A stretch of DNA of 64,000 nucleotides. Origin: Chiloscyllium plagiosum (taxonomy: Eukaryota). The stretch is from positions 26,144,542 through 26,208,541 of the forward strand of contig NC_057719.1 of NCBI RefSeq assembly GCF_004010195.1. The letters run 5' to 3'. The translations under genes were made by a program, and so were the position numbers. The notes beneath the pieces were generated by a model. It had not been told where the DNA came from and ran no database searches. It worked only from the letters and a program-made list of their open reading frames with translations. Below, in pieces: positions 1-13,756 of this stretch. Positions within the stretch are counted from its first letter, which is position 1; each line of letters starts with the position of its first letter.

Positions 1-127
1 CCTGAAGAAGGGCCTGTGCCCGAAACGTCGAATCTTCTGTTCCCTAGATGCTGCCTGACCTGCTGTGCTGTTCCAGCAATAAAGTTTCAGCTTTGATCTC
101 CAGCGTCTGCAGACCTCACTTTCTCCT
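1..127 (+). mobile_element. Penelope-like terminal repeat (pLTR) fragment with minimal hammerhead motif, cut by the window edge
   Basis: CTGAAGA-A-GGGC-CTGT-GCCC-GAAA-CG-TC-GAAT at 2-33. Followed by the ...TCTGCAGACCTCACTTTCTCC end shared with the PLE ends at 12.5, 37.4 and 43.8 kb. Confidence 0.75.
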
Positions 128-3093
128 CCTCTATAAATTTAGGACATGATCAAAAAGCATAAATTGCCTGATCTGGACATAAACAAAAAAGAGAATACCT
201 GGTTCAAATAAAAAAAAGTCACTTGGTCCAGAAATCTGGGATAGTGAAAGGTAGAAAGAATTTGTTTCATAAAATAGCGCTATTCTTTGATAGAAATTCA
301 GGCATTTCTTAAACAAATTTGTAACTAACCTCACTTCTTCTCGGCTGATCAGAACATAATGAAGCAGTTGATGACGCTGTTGCTGTGGTTTGGAAAGAGT
401 TAATAAGTAGCCACTTTAAGTCACAATTGTAAGAAGATGACTATTGAGATATTGGTGTGTGACAAGATACGTAGTGTTGACACCTTAAGTTCAAACTGAA
501 AACATGAGCTATAGTACACCCATAAAGCCACTATTATGCTTTAATAAATAGTAAGTATAACTTAAATGACATTTCCTGAGTTACTGAACCAGACTGTCTC
601 CAGTTGCCTTATTAGTTAAAGTCTCAAATTAATGTTGGGTTTTAAGTTTAAATTTTAATCCATAATTCACAGGTCACAATTTACTTTACATGGTGTATTT
701 TGCTGAAGTCACAGATAAGATCTTATAGTAATTGTTTCTTGTAGCATCATTCATGAAGAGCAAGTCTTATACACGACCAGAATTACAGATCAGAAACTGT
801 CGTTCCCCCTTAAATTATGTTACAGTTTTGCAATTATATAAAATCACCCATCATACATATACATATGTATAGATTTATGTACATATATAAGTACAGAACC
901 TTTATCCTCGTATAGAGCAGTTATGTCATAATGACCCTATAACACCTTCACACAATTACTTCAAACTATATTTATATAGTGACTTCAACATACTAAATTG
1001 ACCCAAGACAAAATTTGACAATATTCCTCAAAGAGAGATAGTAGGGCAGATTATCAACAGTTGGGTCAAAGAGGTAGGTTTTGTGGAGGTCATAAAGAAG
1101 GAAAGAGAAGTGAAAGCAGAGATTTAAGAATGGAATTTAGTGCTCAGATTCTTGATAACTGAAGGCACGATATCATGGACCAATTGTAATTGGGGTACTT
1201 AGGTGAGAATCAGTTACTGGTAACTTGGTCAGCTTCACACTGATGATTATTTTATCAGCTGATAATCCTCACTGTTGACATTGTACTGTTATTTAGCAAT
1301 ATCCAAGTGTAAAGCAATAGATTTCAGTCATCCACGTATGGTGAGTAATGCTTTTAATAGCACCCTTCTAACTTGGTTGCAACAGCGAATGACTCTTTGT
1401 AATGTTCCTTCTCATGATCCCTTCACCATTCATAAAAATATTACTTCTTTATCAATCCATAATGGAACAAAATACAGTTTTGTCTGTCAAGGATTTTAAT
1501 TCCTTTAATCTGCTTAAAATGCTGGTGCTTTTTACAAAGTAGCTTGGAGTGCCTCTGAAACTTCAATTAAAGAAGATTACAGAGATTAGGATGTACATTT
1601 TAGGCCCATGTTTTACAATTCAGTGGGTAAAGGTTATGTTTTTTTTTAAACACACACTTATGATTGAGTTCCAGCACATTATAAAACGCAAATTTGAGGT
1701 AATCATCTATTCTACTCTGGAATAATAACTGTCAACTGAAATGAGTGCTTTGATTTTTGTATTCAGATTTCAATGCAGTTTAAGCTTAAAATGCAAATGA
1801 TTGATACATTGAACAACATAAAAATATTATTTTAACTTTTTCAGGTCAATACTGAGGGACTGTTTCATAAAGAAAATCGTCTCTACTGACAAGAGAAGTC
1901 TAAGATGTGTGTTCCCTCAGTCACACTCTTGCCTTGCATCCAGCAGGAGGCCAGGATTCAGTCTAAAGGCAAGATTTTGAAGGACTTGCAATCTCTACTG
2001 TTCACACTGAGATCTATTGTATAGGACAGGGTGGAATGAGTGAACCCAATGCTGGAATTTTCTATTTGCTGGCAATTAAGTGGAATGGTATGCTATAGGA
2101 CAGCAGTGTTGTGTGTTGTCAAAGGGTTTATGTGTACCCTGACCTGGGCATCCATAATGGGGTCATAACCTTGTCCCCTGAAGAACAGGCAAGATGCATA
2201 CATTTAAATGTTGTCCACTTGCAATGGGGCAATCCTTAAGCCTGGGGCCTGAATGCTCCCATTAGTACAGTACAGAAATTCCCTAATTAGCTTCAAAGAC
2301 GTCTAAGCGCAAAATCTTTTTTTAAAAAGGGACTTGTTTTTCTAATGCAAAGGTTTTACAAAGTAGACTTTGATGTTCTCAGATATGAATTCTTCACCGT
2401 TTAGCAATGGAGACATTTTAAAAGTAATTGGCAGTCAACCAATTCAAACCAAAGTATCAAAGAAACATCAGCAATAAACAAAAAAGAGATTCCACAGAAA
2501 AAGGCATAAGTTGAACAGCAGAGCAGTGATGTTAGCCAAAGGCAGATAATGAATCAGATGCAAGAGAAACACCCACCCGGGATGTACAGCATTGGAATGA
2601 TCAAACAGACAGCTACATTGTGAGGGTTGCAAGTACTTCTAAATGGCAGATGAAAACAAGACTAGACTCATCTAGATTTAGGACAGATAGAAATGCAGAA
2701 TTCAGCCGTAACACAGTAAACTACAGTCAGAATAAATGCTTGTCATAATAAAATGTGACAATAAGGGCAAACGTTTATATAGTATTGCTTCAAAAGTACA
2801 TTGGCATATTTGGATAAGCAAGAGCATATAATGTTATCAAAGTCAGAAAGACAGATGTGGGTTGTCATGTCAGGATAGGAGATGATATGGAAAGAGGGAG
2901 TCAGCCTGGAATTAGAGATGATAAGAAAGCAAAATAATGTAATCGCTGGAAATCGGATAAAAAAAACAGAATGTTGTGGAAATATACAACAGGTTAATTA
3001 ATATCAGTGAAGAAAGAAAGCAGAGATACCATTTCACTTTCATCAGGACTAAAAAAATTAAAATGTTGAACAACTGATCAGTTCTCAGGTGGG

Positions 3094-3267
3094 CAGAAGT
3101 GGGTACTGCAGATGCTGAAGATTAGAGTGGTGCTGAAAATGCACAGCAGGTCAGGCAGCAACTGAAGAGCAGGAAAATCACCATTTCGGCAAAAGCCCTG
3201 AGACGTCGATTTTTCTGCTCCGTAGATGCTGCCTGACCTGTTGTGCTTTTCCAGCACCACTCTAATC
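3094..3267. mobile_element. Short inverted-repeat Penelope pLTR insertion with 16-bp target-site duplication
   Basis: Two inverted pLTR arms. TCAGTTCTCAGGTGGG is repeated at 3078-3093 and 3268-3283. Confidence 0.8.
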
Positions 3268-6200
3268 TCAGTTCTCAGGTGGGTCAGTCACTGAAATCTA
3301 TCAAAGGAGACCATGTGCCTTGATTTTAATAGGGTCCAGTGCATGAAGTGAAAGAAATCCAGCATCTAAAGGAAGCACAGTAGAGGTGGATCCCTGCAGT
3401 TACTGCACCTCCAGCATTGCTTGAGGACCAGGTATTCTTCTTCCAGGCCCTGCAATCAGACTCTGTGATCTCCAACTTCTCAAACACCCTTCCCCATAAC
3501 CTCCAAGTGCTCACAGTGCAATCCTAAATTTACCATGTAATCTCATACTTACTCCCACATCTGCTGATCTGGTGCTTCCCTGTCTGACACCAAGGAGGCT
3601 GTCAGGTGGAAAACATGTTGATAAAAATTAGGTATTTCTGTCTTGCCTCTTTGGAATCCTCCAACTACTACTATCTATGGCCTTATTTAAATATCAGCAA
3701 TATTTTCCACCTGCATTAATGTCTTAAATACTTTCCATTTCCATCCATTACTATCAGGAATCATCTTACTATTGTTTGTAAGCCTTACTACAGAGAACAC
3801 TGGAGAAACTAATAACACAGAAAATCAAATAAACAACTCAAAAAGAATAAATCCAGACAACTTATTTTCACCTGAACACAAGTTCATTTCAACATGTGTT
3901 ATTCACTACAACCAGCAGACACAAGACAACTTTTGAAGTTGATTTGAACAATATCAAATGTATTACAAATATATTTTTGTTGACCCTTTAGTTTATTAAT
4001 CCTATTTTTTTAAAAATATTGTTTACTGAGACACAACACTCATTGAAGAAAAGTACCAACAAAGAGCAGGCCTGAAATCTATCTACACAAAGTAAAATGG
4101 AAGTGCTCCCTTTCCAAATACTGAATGATCTATTAGTGAAACCAAAGGATCTACAGCACTGAAATCATACCAATTTATATGATGTTATTTAAGCTGTGTA
4201 TTGTATACAGACATTAGTATTGTTTATTTTGCAGTTCGGATTTTGAATTAGTGGCCTGTTGAATTTATTATATGCATATCTGGGGGTTTAATGATTTAAT
4301 GTTAATTTGGAGCTTTTTTAAAACATCCATAATGAGAAAAAGACTTGAATAAAAACAATGAAACAAGAAGAAATATTCAAACAGAAATCCAGGAGTTGAA
4401 ACAATAAATCTGTTTTCATCTCAAAGGTTTCTGCCAGATCTTTTTTTTTTCAACAATTTCTGTTTTTGTGTGAGGAAGAACTTTGCTGGGGTGGTAATGG
4501 GTATTTGTTTCCATTGGGAGAATTTTAATAGCAGACAGTAAATATTGAAGACCATTAGCTTGCTTTTACTCAGAAGGATCAGGAATTGATTTTTTTTGTG
4601 CTTAGTGGAAAATCTCATGTTTTATAAAGATGTTGGTATCAGTTTGCAGAAGTCCAATGTGAAGTTAGATGTACAAAATAATTTCTCCATTGGGAAGGAG
4701 TTTAAAACACGTGGGAAATAGTTTTACCCTAGTGTAAGGATTTCAGTTGAAAGCCCCAGACTACAGTATTTGTGTAGAACCTTGAAAGGATTATTTGAAG
4801 TTAAGAAAATGTAAGCTCCCTTGTATGACAAATGAAGAAAAAGGTTATCAGAATAAAACTTGAAAGAACCAGGTAAATAAAACCAATAGATGTAATATCA
4901 GTGGGATGATTTCTGGTGTCTGAATACTGTAACATGATGGCATTGAGATTGATAGGATTGTATTTTACTGTGTTTCAAAATCTTTCAAATCATTTGATAT
5001 GTAAAAAGCTTGCTTCATTCTATTTTATCTTCATTCCTTTTGCATAATAAACTTCTGTTTTATTGTTAAAACCAAATCCGCAATATTGCACATTTTATTT
5101 CAGTGAAAGATGACATTAATAAATAAAAACAAAACATGATCTAGTAAGCCAAATTTCAGTCTGAGGTCTACCTTGTCCAGTAATAACATCAGCTGGGGTG
5201 GGAAGAATTGTTCATTAATTAAGGATAATCTCTAATTATTCATTAAAAGGTGAATGTCATGCTGTGCAGTGCAACTGAATTTTTAGGATGTTTTCTGTTA
5301 GGAAAGAAATGTAGTTGAAGCTTCAAATATATTTCAGTTACAATGTATCAATTTCACTGCAACTGCTGCTATCGTTTCTGTAATGATTTCTGACTTGTCA
5401 GATATATTCTGTTATTTTTTTCATGTGCAGGAAAAGGGGAGATGGTGTCATACAATTGCTTAAATGCTACCACCATAACCAATTAAATGTGTCATTTTTG
5501 AAGGCTGTTGGGTTACTCCAGCACTGGGATATGACAGAGTGAGCTTTTAAAAAAGTGAGTTGTAAGTACTGAAAGATGCTCCATAACAAAACAGAAAAAC
5601 ATTCAGATATATCACAAAGGACCACAATTTAACAGACCATTTGTTTAGAATTTCTGCAACAATATTAAGGGGTCTGCTTTATAAAATATAAATAAATTCT
5701 CTGATCAAGCAAGTAATTGGATTTTAGCCAGTCTGAACATTGCAACTTAAGTTCATTTGGGTAGAAACAAGCTTTCACGGTGCTGGAAATTTTAGCTAAT
5801 TATGTAGGTGGGTTTGATCAGGTTAAACTTTCACAATTCTTTACTAATTGTGCAGCATCCTTCTGCTTGAAGCCTTTAAGTTTTAGATACTAACTATAAG
5901 AGAAGGACCGTGCCAATCCCATGGCAGTACTGTTATCCCATCTGCCCTGGCTCAATTCATAGATTTTCCCATGACATGCCAGAAAATAACAGAACTGCTT
6001 AAGTTAATGGCAGCTTATAAGATCCAGAGAAAATAAATGAGTCTCCACATTTGCAAAGACAAAGACAGAATTTTATGCCTTTAGTAATAATAATTATAAT
6101 TAGTATTTCCAGGTCTTGTCAAAACACTTGATAGCAAAGTGTCCACTGGCATGATCTTCTGGAACGCAACCTCCTGTGTCTGTGAAAGCTGTATTTAAGC

Positions 6201-6989
6201 ATGGTGTTTGGAATGGAATCACGTCCAAATGTCAGTCCTGGTTTGCTGAAGTCATGTGAGCTTTATCATGAGGCAGACGTGTTGCAGGCAGTTACATGCT
6301 GCTATTTGTTGGGTCAGATGATCCTGACAGACATGGAGGTGAAATTGAGTCCTTAAGAAAGCACAGCTGCTGACAGAGTGGCACAGGAATGTTCAGAGCT
6401 GTGAAAGTTGTTATAAGCAACTGAAATAAAATAAAATGCAACAACAAAGCAGCACACAAATGAAATCTGCAGAAGAGAAAATGGCCTTAGCTTTTCCTTT
6501 CCCAGGTTCGGTCCAAATGAAAGGTACGATTAAGCAAAACTGGCAGTTTTCCCACACACAATGGCATAGTTAGAAAATAACAACAGATTTGTTTAACAAG
6601 TCAGAAAAGATATACATCACTGTATATTTATCACAGATGGTAAGAAGATGTTTCAAAGTATATTCCATTCTGAAAGTTTAAAAAAACAGACTGCAGAAAT
6701 TTTGAAACGCTTGAAGGCAACCCTTGCACTCCACATCAATGTAACTTATTAATGGTACATGTACAATATTAGGGCCCAAGTTGAAAAAGATTTAATAATA
6801 TTAACCATAAATATGTGCTCTCATTAATTCAGTTCACAGAATCCTGTGAATTTGCACAATTAAAAGATAATCCAACTAAAAATAGAATTGTATTGTATAA
6901 GAGAACCTGCATTGAGAACATGTCAACTGTGGGAGAAGGTCTTGGGAGAGCAATTGACATGTACACAAATGCTTAGGATATAAAGCTGA

Positions 6990-7080
6990 GGGGTGGCATG
7001 GTGGTTCAGTGGCAGCACGGCTGCCTCACAGCGCCAGGGACGTAGGTTCGATTCTAGCCTTGGGCGGCTCTGTGTGTGTG
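6990..7080 (+). mobile_element. HE1-like SINE, 5' tRNA-related part only
   Basis: GGCATGGTGGTTCAGTGG...GGTTCGATTC (A and B boxes); matches the 5' end of the full copies at 47352 and 50672. Confidence 0.75.
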
Positions 7081-7284
7081 CGTGCGTGCAGAGGATGTCA
7101 AGCAAACGAGAAGACAACTCCAGCATGGGAAAGCAGTATTCTCAATGCAATACAAATCATTTTGTACACTAATACGTGGCTAGAAGGAAGCCCCAAATGC
7201 AAGCACAATTATCCACTGGAGCAATACCGACAAATCACTCTATAAGTTGCTTCAATCAGGTTGACAGATGGTACATAGTGGTAA

Positions 7285-7712
7285 AAACAATGACTGCAGA
7301 TTCTGGATTAATGGTGCTGGAAGAGCACAGCAGTTCAGGCAGCATCCAAGGAGCTTCGAAATCGACGTTTCAAACAAAAGCCCTTCATCAGGAATAAAGG
7401 CAGTGAGCCTGAAGCGTGGAGAGATACGCTAGAGGAGGGTGGGGGTGCGGAGAAAGTAGCATAGAGTACAATGGGTGAGTGGGGGAGGGGATGAAGGTGA
7501 TAGGTCAGGGAGGAGAGGGTGGTGTGGCTAGGTGGAAAAGGAGATAGGCAGGTAGGACAAGTCCGGACAATTCATGGGAACAGTGTTGATCTGGAAGTTT
7601 AGAACTAGGGTGAGGTGGGGGAAGGGGAAATGAGGAAACTGTTGAAGTCCACATTGATGCCCTGGGGTTGAAGTGTTCTGAGGCGGAAGATGAGGCGTTC
7701 TTCCTCCAGGAT
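7285..7712 (-). mobile_element. Penelope-like element 3' fragment (end of GIY-YIG ORF, 3' UTR, pLTR)
   Basis: Collinear with 12477-12900. Minus strand encodes LEEERLIFRLRTLQPQGINVDFNSF. Hammerhead-like motif at ~7360-7395. Confidence 0.8.
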
Positions 7713-8244
7713 GGTACATAGTTATGACTGCAGTGTGATGATTGCAGAAGGAGAATGTCAAGTGAACATAAAATGTCAGATAGATACTGGTGCTTCATGC
7801 AACGTCATGATCTTCAGAGACCTGTGCCAATTTGCTGAATGTGCTGATCTCTAAATGAAGCTCTCAGAAATAGGTTTAAGGGTATAGGGTGACACCACAC
7901 TCATCCCCAAGAGGACAGGTTATTCTGTGAGCCCATTATAGTTGCAGAATGAGGAAACTGCTTTCCCCAGACAAAACAGAAGCACTGAAAAGACCAAAGT
8001 GGCAAGAACTCTATTCGACCTTTTTCTCTCCACCCATTTAACAAGCTCAAACATTGTCTGCTGTTTGAATATTAATGTACTGCAGACAGAGGTTTTAAGA
8101 ACTCAACTCATCAACTGCTATCTCCAGATGAACAGATCAATCATCCACTTCCATCTTTAACCCATCTTAGTGCCAAAACTGGAAGGATCAGCGAGCTCAG
8201 CCTGGATCTGTCTAAATCAACTACCTACAAGAACCCTGTCACTT

Positions 8245-8462
8245 TAAAACAAAATGAAAGAACTGTGGATGCTGTAAATCAGAAACAAAAACAGAAGTTG
8301 CTGGAAAAGCTCAGCAGGTCTGGCAGCATTGAAGATAAATCAGAGTTAACGTTTTGAGTCCAGTAACCCTTCCTCTGAGTGAAGCATCACCGGATCCGAA
8401 ACATTAACTCTGATTTCTCTTCACAGATGCTACCCAGACCTACTGAGCTTTTTCTATAACTT
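8245..8462. mobile_element. Inverted pLTR pair of a second Penelope-like family
   Basis: GCTGGAAAAGCTCAGCAGGTCTGGCAGCAT arm and its reverse complement. Same family at 10470-10735, 53775-53940 and 58550-58645. Confidence 0.65.
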
Positions 8463-8749
8463 TAATCCTTACTAGACTTTAATATTGCTTCATCTATCAA
8501 CCCACACCATAACTTATTGTTGTATGTGTGTGTGAGAGAAAATTGGAATATTTTTACTATTCTTCTCAGACCACATTAAGTTCAATACACTTTTCCTGTT
8601 TGTCTTTCAAAATAAAAGTTAGTGTCTTTTGCTGTCCCTGCACAGACGCAGTTGAATTGACAGGTGTATCCATTAAGAATGGCTTGTGCTTTAATGTAGG
8701 TTGTGAACAGGAGAGCTAATAATTTCCTTTATATGATTTAATCCGCTGT

Positions 8750-10470
8750 CATTTGCCAAAGACAGTTCCAAACGTCTATCGCCCTTTCTGTGTTGAAATG
8801 CTTCCTAACATCTCTCCTGAATGGTCTGAGACAAATTCTCAGACTATGCCTCCTAGTCTAGAATCCCCAAACAGTTTATCTTTATCTACCCTGTCTTTTC
8901 CTGTTATTATCTGGAAGATTTCAATCAGATATAAAAGCAGTATTCCTTTAACCTTCTTGATTATATTATACACCTGTTTAAAGATCTACGCACCTGAATC
9001 CCCAATTTTCTTTGGACAACCATTGTATTTATCTTCATGCTATATAGAAAGTACCCTGATCTATCCTTTTTTGGTCAAAAATGGATAACATCTAACTTTG
9101 TCCATTCAGTTTGCCCATTTCACTTTGTATCCCTTATCATAAAATTACAATAGTCTACACTCTCTACAATGTTACCTAACTTTGTGTCATCAGCATTGAG
9201 TCATAGTCGTAGTCATACAGTACGGAAACAGACTCTTCGGTCCAACCAGCCCATGCCGACTATAATCCCAAACTAAACCAGTCCCACCTGCCTGGGCTTG
9301 GCCCATATCCGACCATTTCGTATTCATGTACTTATCTAAATGTCTTTTAAACATTATAAGTGTAGCTGCATCCACCACATCCTCTGGAAGTTTATTCCAC
9401 ACACAAACAACTCTCTGTGTAAAAAAGTTGCCTCTCAGGTCTTTTTAAAATCTTTCTCCACTCACTTTAAAAATGTGTGCCCTAGTCTTGAACTTTGCCA
9501 CCAGAGGGAAAAGATACCTGTCATTCACCTGATCTATACCCTTCTTTATTTTATAAACTTCTATAAAGTCACCTCTCACCTCCTATGCTCCAGTGAAAAA
9601 TGTCCCAATCTATCCAGCCTCTCCTTCTTATCAAATCCTCCATTCAAATTTGGATAAATGACTTTCTGTGCCATTATCCAAGCTATTCATAAATAAAGTG
9701 AATAATAAAGCACTAACAGAAATTATGGGACACCACTAGTCACATCCTGCCAATTTTAGTACCTACCTATTGTCCCTACTTTCTGTCACCTGCCACTTGA
9801 CTAATTTCCCAGTCAGAAATATACCCTCAATTCTATGGGTTTCCACCTCAGTTAACGGTCTTTTATATGGTACTTTATCAAATGCCTTCTGGAAGTGCAT
9901 ACAAACAACATTCATAGACATTCCTCAGTCCACAAACTGAGTCACTTCTTCAAAAAAAATTCATTGAGGTTTGGGCCTGACCTATCTGTCATGAATCCAT
10001 GCTGGCTCTCCCTGATTAACTGAAGGTTTTTAAGGTGTTCAGTTACCCTATTCATAATTATTGACTCCAGCAATTTCCCTATCACAGACATTACACGAAC
10101 TGGCCTAATTCTTTTGTTTTCCTCTTTTATCCTTCTTAAAAAAGCAGAGAGGGACAACATCAAAGGAACTCTAAAAGATTATAGTTATCACATGTAAAAG
10201 GTGCTTCTCTTCTTCCTTTAATATCCTTAGATGGAAACCATCAGAACCAGAGATTTGTCAATTTACTCATTCCCGACATTTTACTTAATGTTAATTTTAT
10301 TCAGTCTCAGTTCTAGATCTGCTACTAATTTATTTGGGACTTCAGGTAAGCTATTCTCCTTTTTTACTGCATATACTGAGGCAAAGTGATTATTCAACAT
10401 TTCTGCCATTTCCCCGTGGTCATTGACAATATCCCGACTTTCCATCTTTATTGGGCCAACATTGCTCCTG
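8750..10470 (-). mobile_element. Old CR1 LINE remnant with a younger CR1 3' end nested at ~9200-9645
   Basis: Minus-strand RPVRVMSVIGKLLESII...IRESQHGF and WNKLPEDVVDAATLIMFKRHLDKYM; CR1 3' UTR tail at ~9200. Confidence 0.85.
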
Positions 10471-10735
10471 AACAAAACAAAGGTGCAGATTTTGCAAATC
10501 AAAAGAAAAACAGAAATTGCTGGAAAAGCTCAGTAGTTCTGGCAGCATCTGTGGAGAGAAATCAGCGTTAACATTTCAGGTCTGGTGACTCTTCTTCAGA
10601 ACTGAGAAAAGGTCATTCGACCCAAAACATTAACTCTGATTTCTCTCCACAGATGTTACCAGTCCTGTTGAGCTTTTCCAGCAATTTCTGTTTTTGCTTC
10701 TGATTTACAGCATCTGCAGCTCTGTCGGCTTTTAT
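10470..10735. mobile_element. Inverted pLTR pair (second PLE family)
   Basis: Arms ~10490-10602 and ~10602-10715 are reverse complements. Minus strand 10567-10602 reads GTT-CTGAAGA-A-GAGTC-ACCA-GACCT-GAAA-TG-TT-AAC. Confidence 0.7.
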
Positions 10736-12476
10736 GTTGAAAGAAAGTTGGTTTAAAATCATAGACATTAATAAGGTTAGCTTGTTTTTTTATTATTAAT
10801 ACTGTAACTTTAACAGAGCAAAATTAAGTTGTTAATTTTTCTTTGAGCACTAAACGTGTTGTCTGATATCTGTTATCCTTAAAGTTGGGAACCATTAGGC
10901 AATTTTGAGGATGATTGAATGTTTTAATTTTACTGTGCTGCTGATTTGATTTGGCTTGCAGATCGAGTATTGTAACATTCCTCATATTACATGGCATCTG
11001 AATGAAGTGTTACTTTACCGTCCTCAATTATTGATTGACCCTCCTAAAACTGGATCTCAAAGCTGCAAGAAATATCTCCAATGGAGACCTGATTAAATTG
11101 TTTTATGTCACTCTTATGTACCTACATGGCAAACTTTCATAACCCAAATCTTGACAGTATAATGAAATCATACTTTACTAGGAAGGACCACCATTGCAAA
11201 ATTGATTTGTGAAAAGCCATATAATAATTAATTAATATTGATAAAAAATATGTAGTAGTGTTCATATATAAATGAAAGTAGAATCTGCATGAGAAAAAGA
11301 AATCTCCAGATGGACCTAAATATTCCAGAAATTATTTAATAGGTGCAGGTTTTACTTTCGAACTAGGGTCAATGTAAGAAATGTGAAAAACAAGAAGTTA
11401 ATTTTCTACCCTTGAGTGAGTAATTGGGCTGGGGGAAACACAAAGTGAGGAACCCCTTGGTAACTTACCCATTTCCAGCTTTAAATGAGATGAATTGAAG
11501 AAGAGCAACCAGGAGGAGACTCAGTCACTGAAACATTTTAAAAAGACTACAAACATCCATTTTCAATGTTTACCTTTAACGTCCGCACACCAGGATTTGA
11601 GAAGGATCAACAGGCTTCCCGCTGCCCTGAATTATTTCTCCTCTAGTTCCCTTCTAGACTGCTTCAGAGGACAGCAATAACATCAATCAATCTGCAGTGC
11701 ATGCTTACATGAAGCAGATGACATGGCACAATGTTTGCTGAGATAACCATTTTCAACACTTTCTCCCATGTACAATGAAGAGCAATAGGACTGGGTTTCC
11801 CTCCGGTACGGTTCAGTATCAATGATCTTGATTTACCAGCTTCTTCACATGAGCCCAAAGCTTTCATGAATTATTTAGGGCTTTCATGTCACTCCTGTGC
11901 ACCAAGGGTGTGATCACCAACATCTCGCACGAAGATGCCAGCCCAGAAAGGGCAAAGGGTGGCCACAATGCCTCCCAGAATTGTAAACTCAACAGCTCAA
12001 TTTCATTAAAATTAGTGAATAATAGTGCAAACTATTGGAATCCTCAAGCAATAATGCTGATACCTAGACAACTCCAATGTTCCTTCAACACAGTGCAGAA
12101 GAATTGTTAAAGGCAATTGTGATAGCCTATATGCTGCTAAAATCAGTTCTGTCAAAGAAATAGCACACAGAGTCACCGTTGGAGAGCATTGACTAGGATA
12201 AAGGTAATGATACTAAAGAGACAGTGAATGACAAAGCAGGAGGGAACTCCAAGGTAATGGCACTCCTCCAATTCTAAAGGTTCTTGCAAATTCCCACCAT
12301 TGACAACTGTGCTTTTTGTTGCCTAGGTCCTACTGGCTGGAATTCAATGCCAAAACCGGTCCAGTTCTCTACCTCACCTTCTCCTTAGCTTTAAGACACT
12401 CTTATATCTTGCCTCTTTAATCAAACTTGAGACCATTACTATAATATTCTCTTTATGAGTCCCTTGTCAAATATAG

Positions 12477-13465
12477 AGAGAGTGAGGACTGCAGATGCTG
12501 GAGATCAGAGTTGAAAAGTATGGTGCTAGAAAAGCACAGCAGGTCAGGTAACATCTGAGGAGCAAAAGAGTCTATGTTTTGGGATAAGCCCTTCTTCAGG
12601 AATGTGGGAAGGGAAGGGACTGAGAGATAAGTGGGAGGGGTTGTGGGACAGGGTGGAAGGTAGCTTGGATGGTGATAAGTAGATGCAGGTGGGGGGGGTG
12701 ACGGTGATAGGTCGGAGTGGAGGGTGGAGTGGATAGTTGGGAAGGAAGATGGACAGGTGGGACAGTTCAAAAGGGTGGTGCCGAGTTGGATCTGGAATGA
12801 GGTGGGGGAAGCGAGATGAGGAAGCTGGTGAAATCGACATTGATCCCGTGTGGTTGGAGGGTCCCAGGGCGGAAGCTGAGGTGTTCTTCCTCCAATCGTC
12901 AGGTTGCTAGGATTTGGCGGTGGAAGATGCCCAAGCCTTGCATGTTCTTGGCGGAATGAGAGGGGGTGTTGAAGTGGTTGGCCACAGGATGGTGGGGTTG
13001 TTTGGTGCATATGTCCCAGAGTTGTTCTTTGAAACATTCTGCAAGTTGGCAACCTATCTCCTCAGCATAGAGGAGACATGCATCAAGAACAATGGACACA
13101 GCAGATGAGGTGTTTGGATGTGCAGGAAAATCTCTGCCAGATCTGGAAAGATCCTTTGGGGCTTTGGACAGAGGTGAGGAGGGATGTATGGCATACGTTT
13201 TATACCTCTTGCAGTGGCAAGAGAAGGTGCTGGGAATGGAGGTGTGTTGGTGGGAGGGCATGGACCTAACAAGGAAGTCTGGGAGGGAATGGACTCTATA
13301 GAATGCTGATAGGGGTGGCGAAGGGAAATATATTTCTGGTGGTGAGGTCTGACTGTAGGTGGCGGATACTAATGTGCTATATCTGAAGTTTAGTAGGTGG
13401 AAGGTGATGACACAGGGTGGGGTGTTCTTTCCTTGTTGTGGTTGACAGGGTGGGGTTCAAGATTG
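12477..13465 (-). mobile_element. Penelope-like element, decayed GIY-YIG region plus pLTR
   Basis: LLYAEEIGCQLAECFKEQLW...HPVANHFNTPSHS resembles the PLE YIGETxRxLxxRFxEH...PVAxHFN motif; pLTR at 12477-12603. Confidence 0.85.
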
Positions 13466-13469
13466 GATG

Positions 13470-13756
13470 TCATCTTTTTTATAAAACCTTTAAATTATCT
13501 CAGGAATGTAACTTGAAAAAAGTTCTGGGATTTACATATTAATAAATCGAAACCTGCAACCCATTCTAAGTGATTAAAGATGTAACAGCAGTCTAGGTTT
13601 GTTCAATACATTGCATCAGTTGTATGACACTTTGATCTTTTACTCTAAATTCTGTGTCCTATGATATTGCTCCACTGACACAGGAACAGCGCTCTGAAAG
13701 CTTGTAATTCCAAATAAATCTGTTGGACTATAGTTTGGTGCTGTGTGATTTTTAAA
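13470..13756 (+). mobile_element. Penelope-like 3' UTR/pLTR related to the element at 26.65 kb
   Basis: GGAACAGCGCTCTGAAAGCTTG...CTGTTGGACTATA...GTGTGATTTTTAA is the reverse complement of 26685-26770 in diverged form. Confidence 0.7.

Noticed and set aside
1845..1968. Possible plus-strand exon (TTTTTCAG acceptor, open frame)
   Set aside because: Only a non-canonical GC donor, and no recognisable peptide.
12453..13052. 199-aa Pro/Ser-rich ORF
   Set aside because: Alternative frame over the Penelope 3' end and its C-rich UTR.
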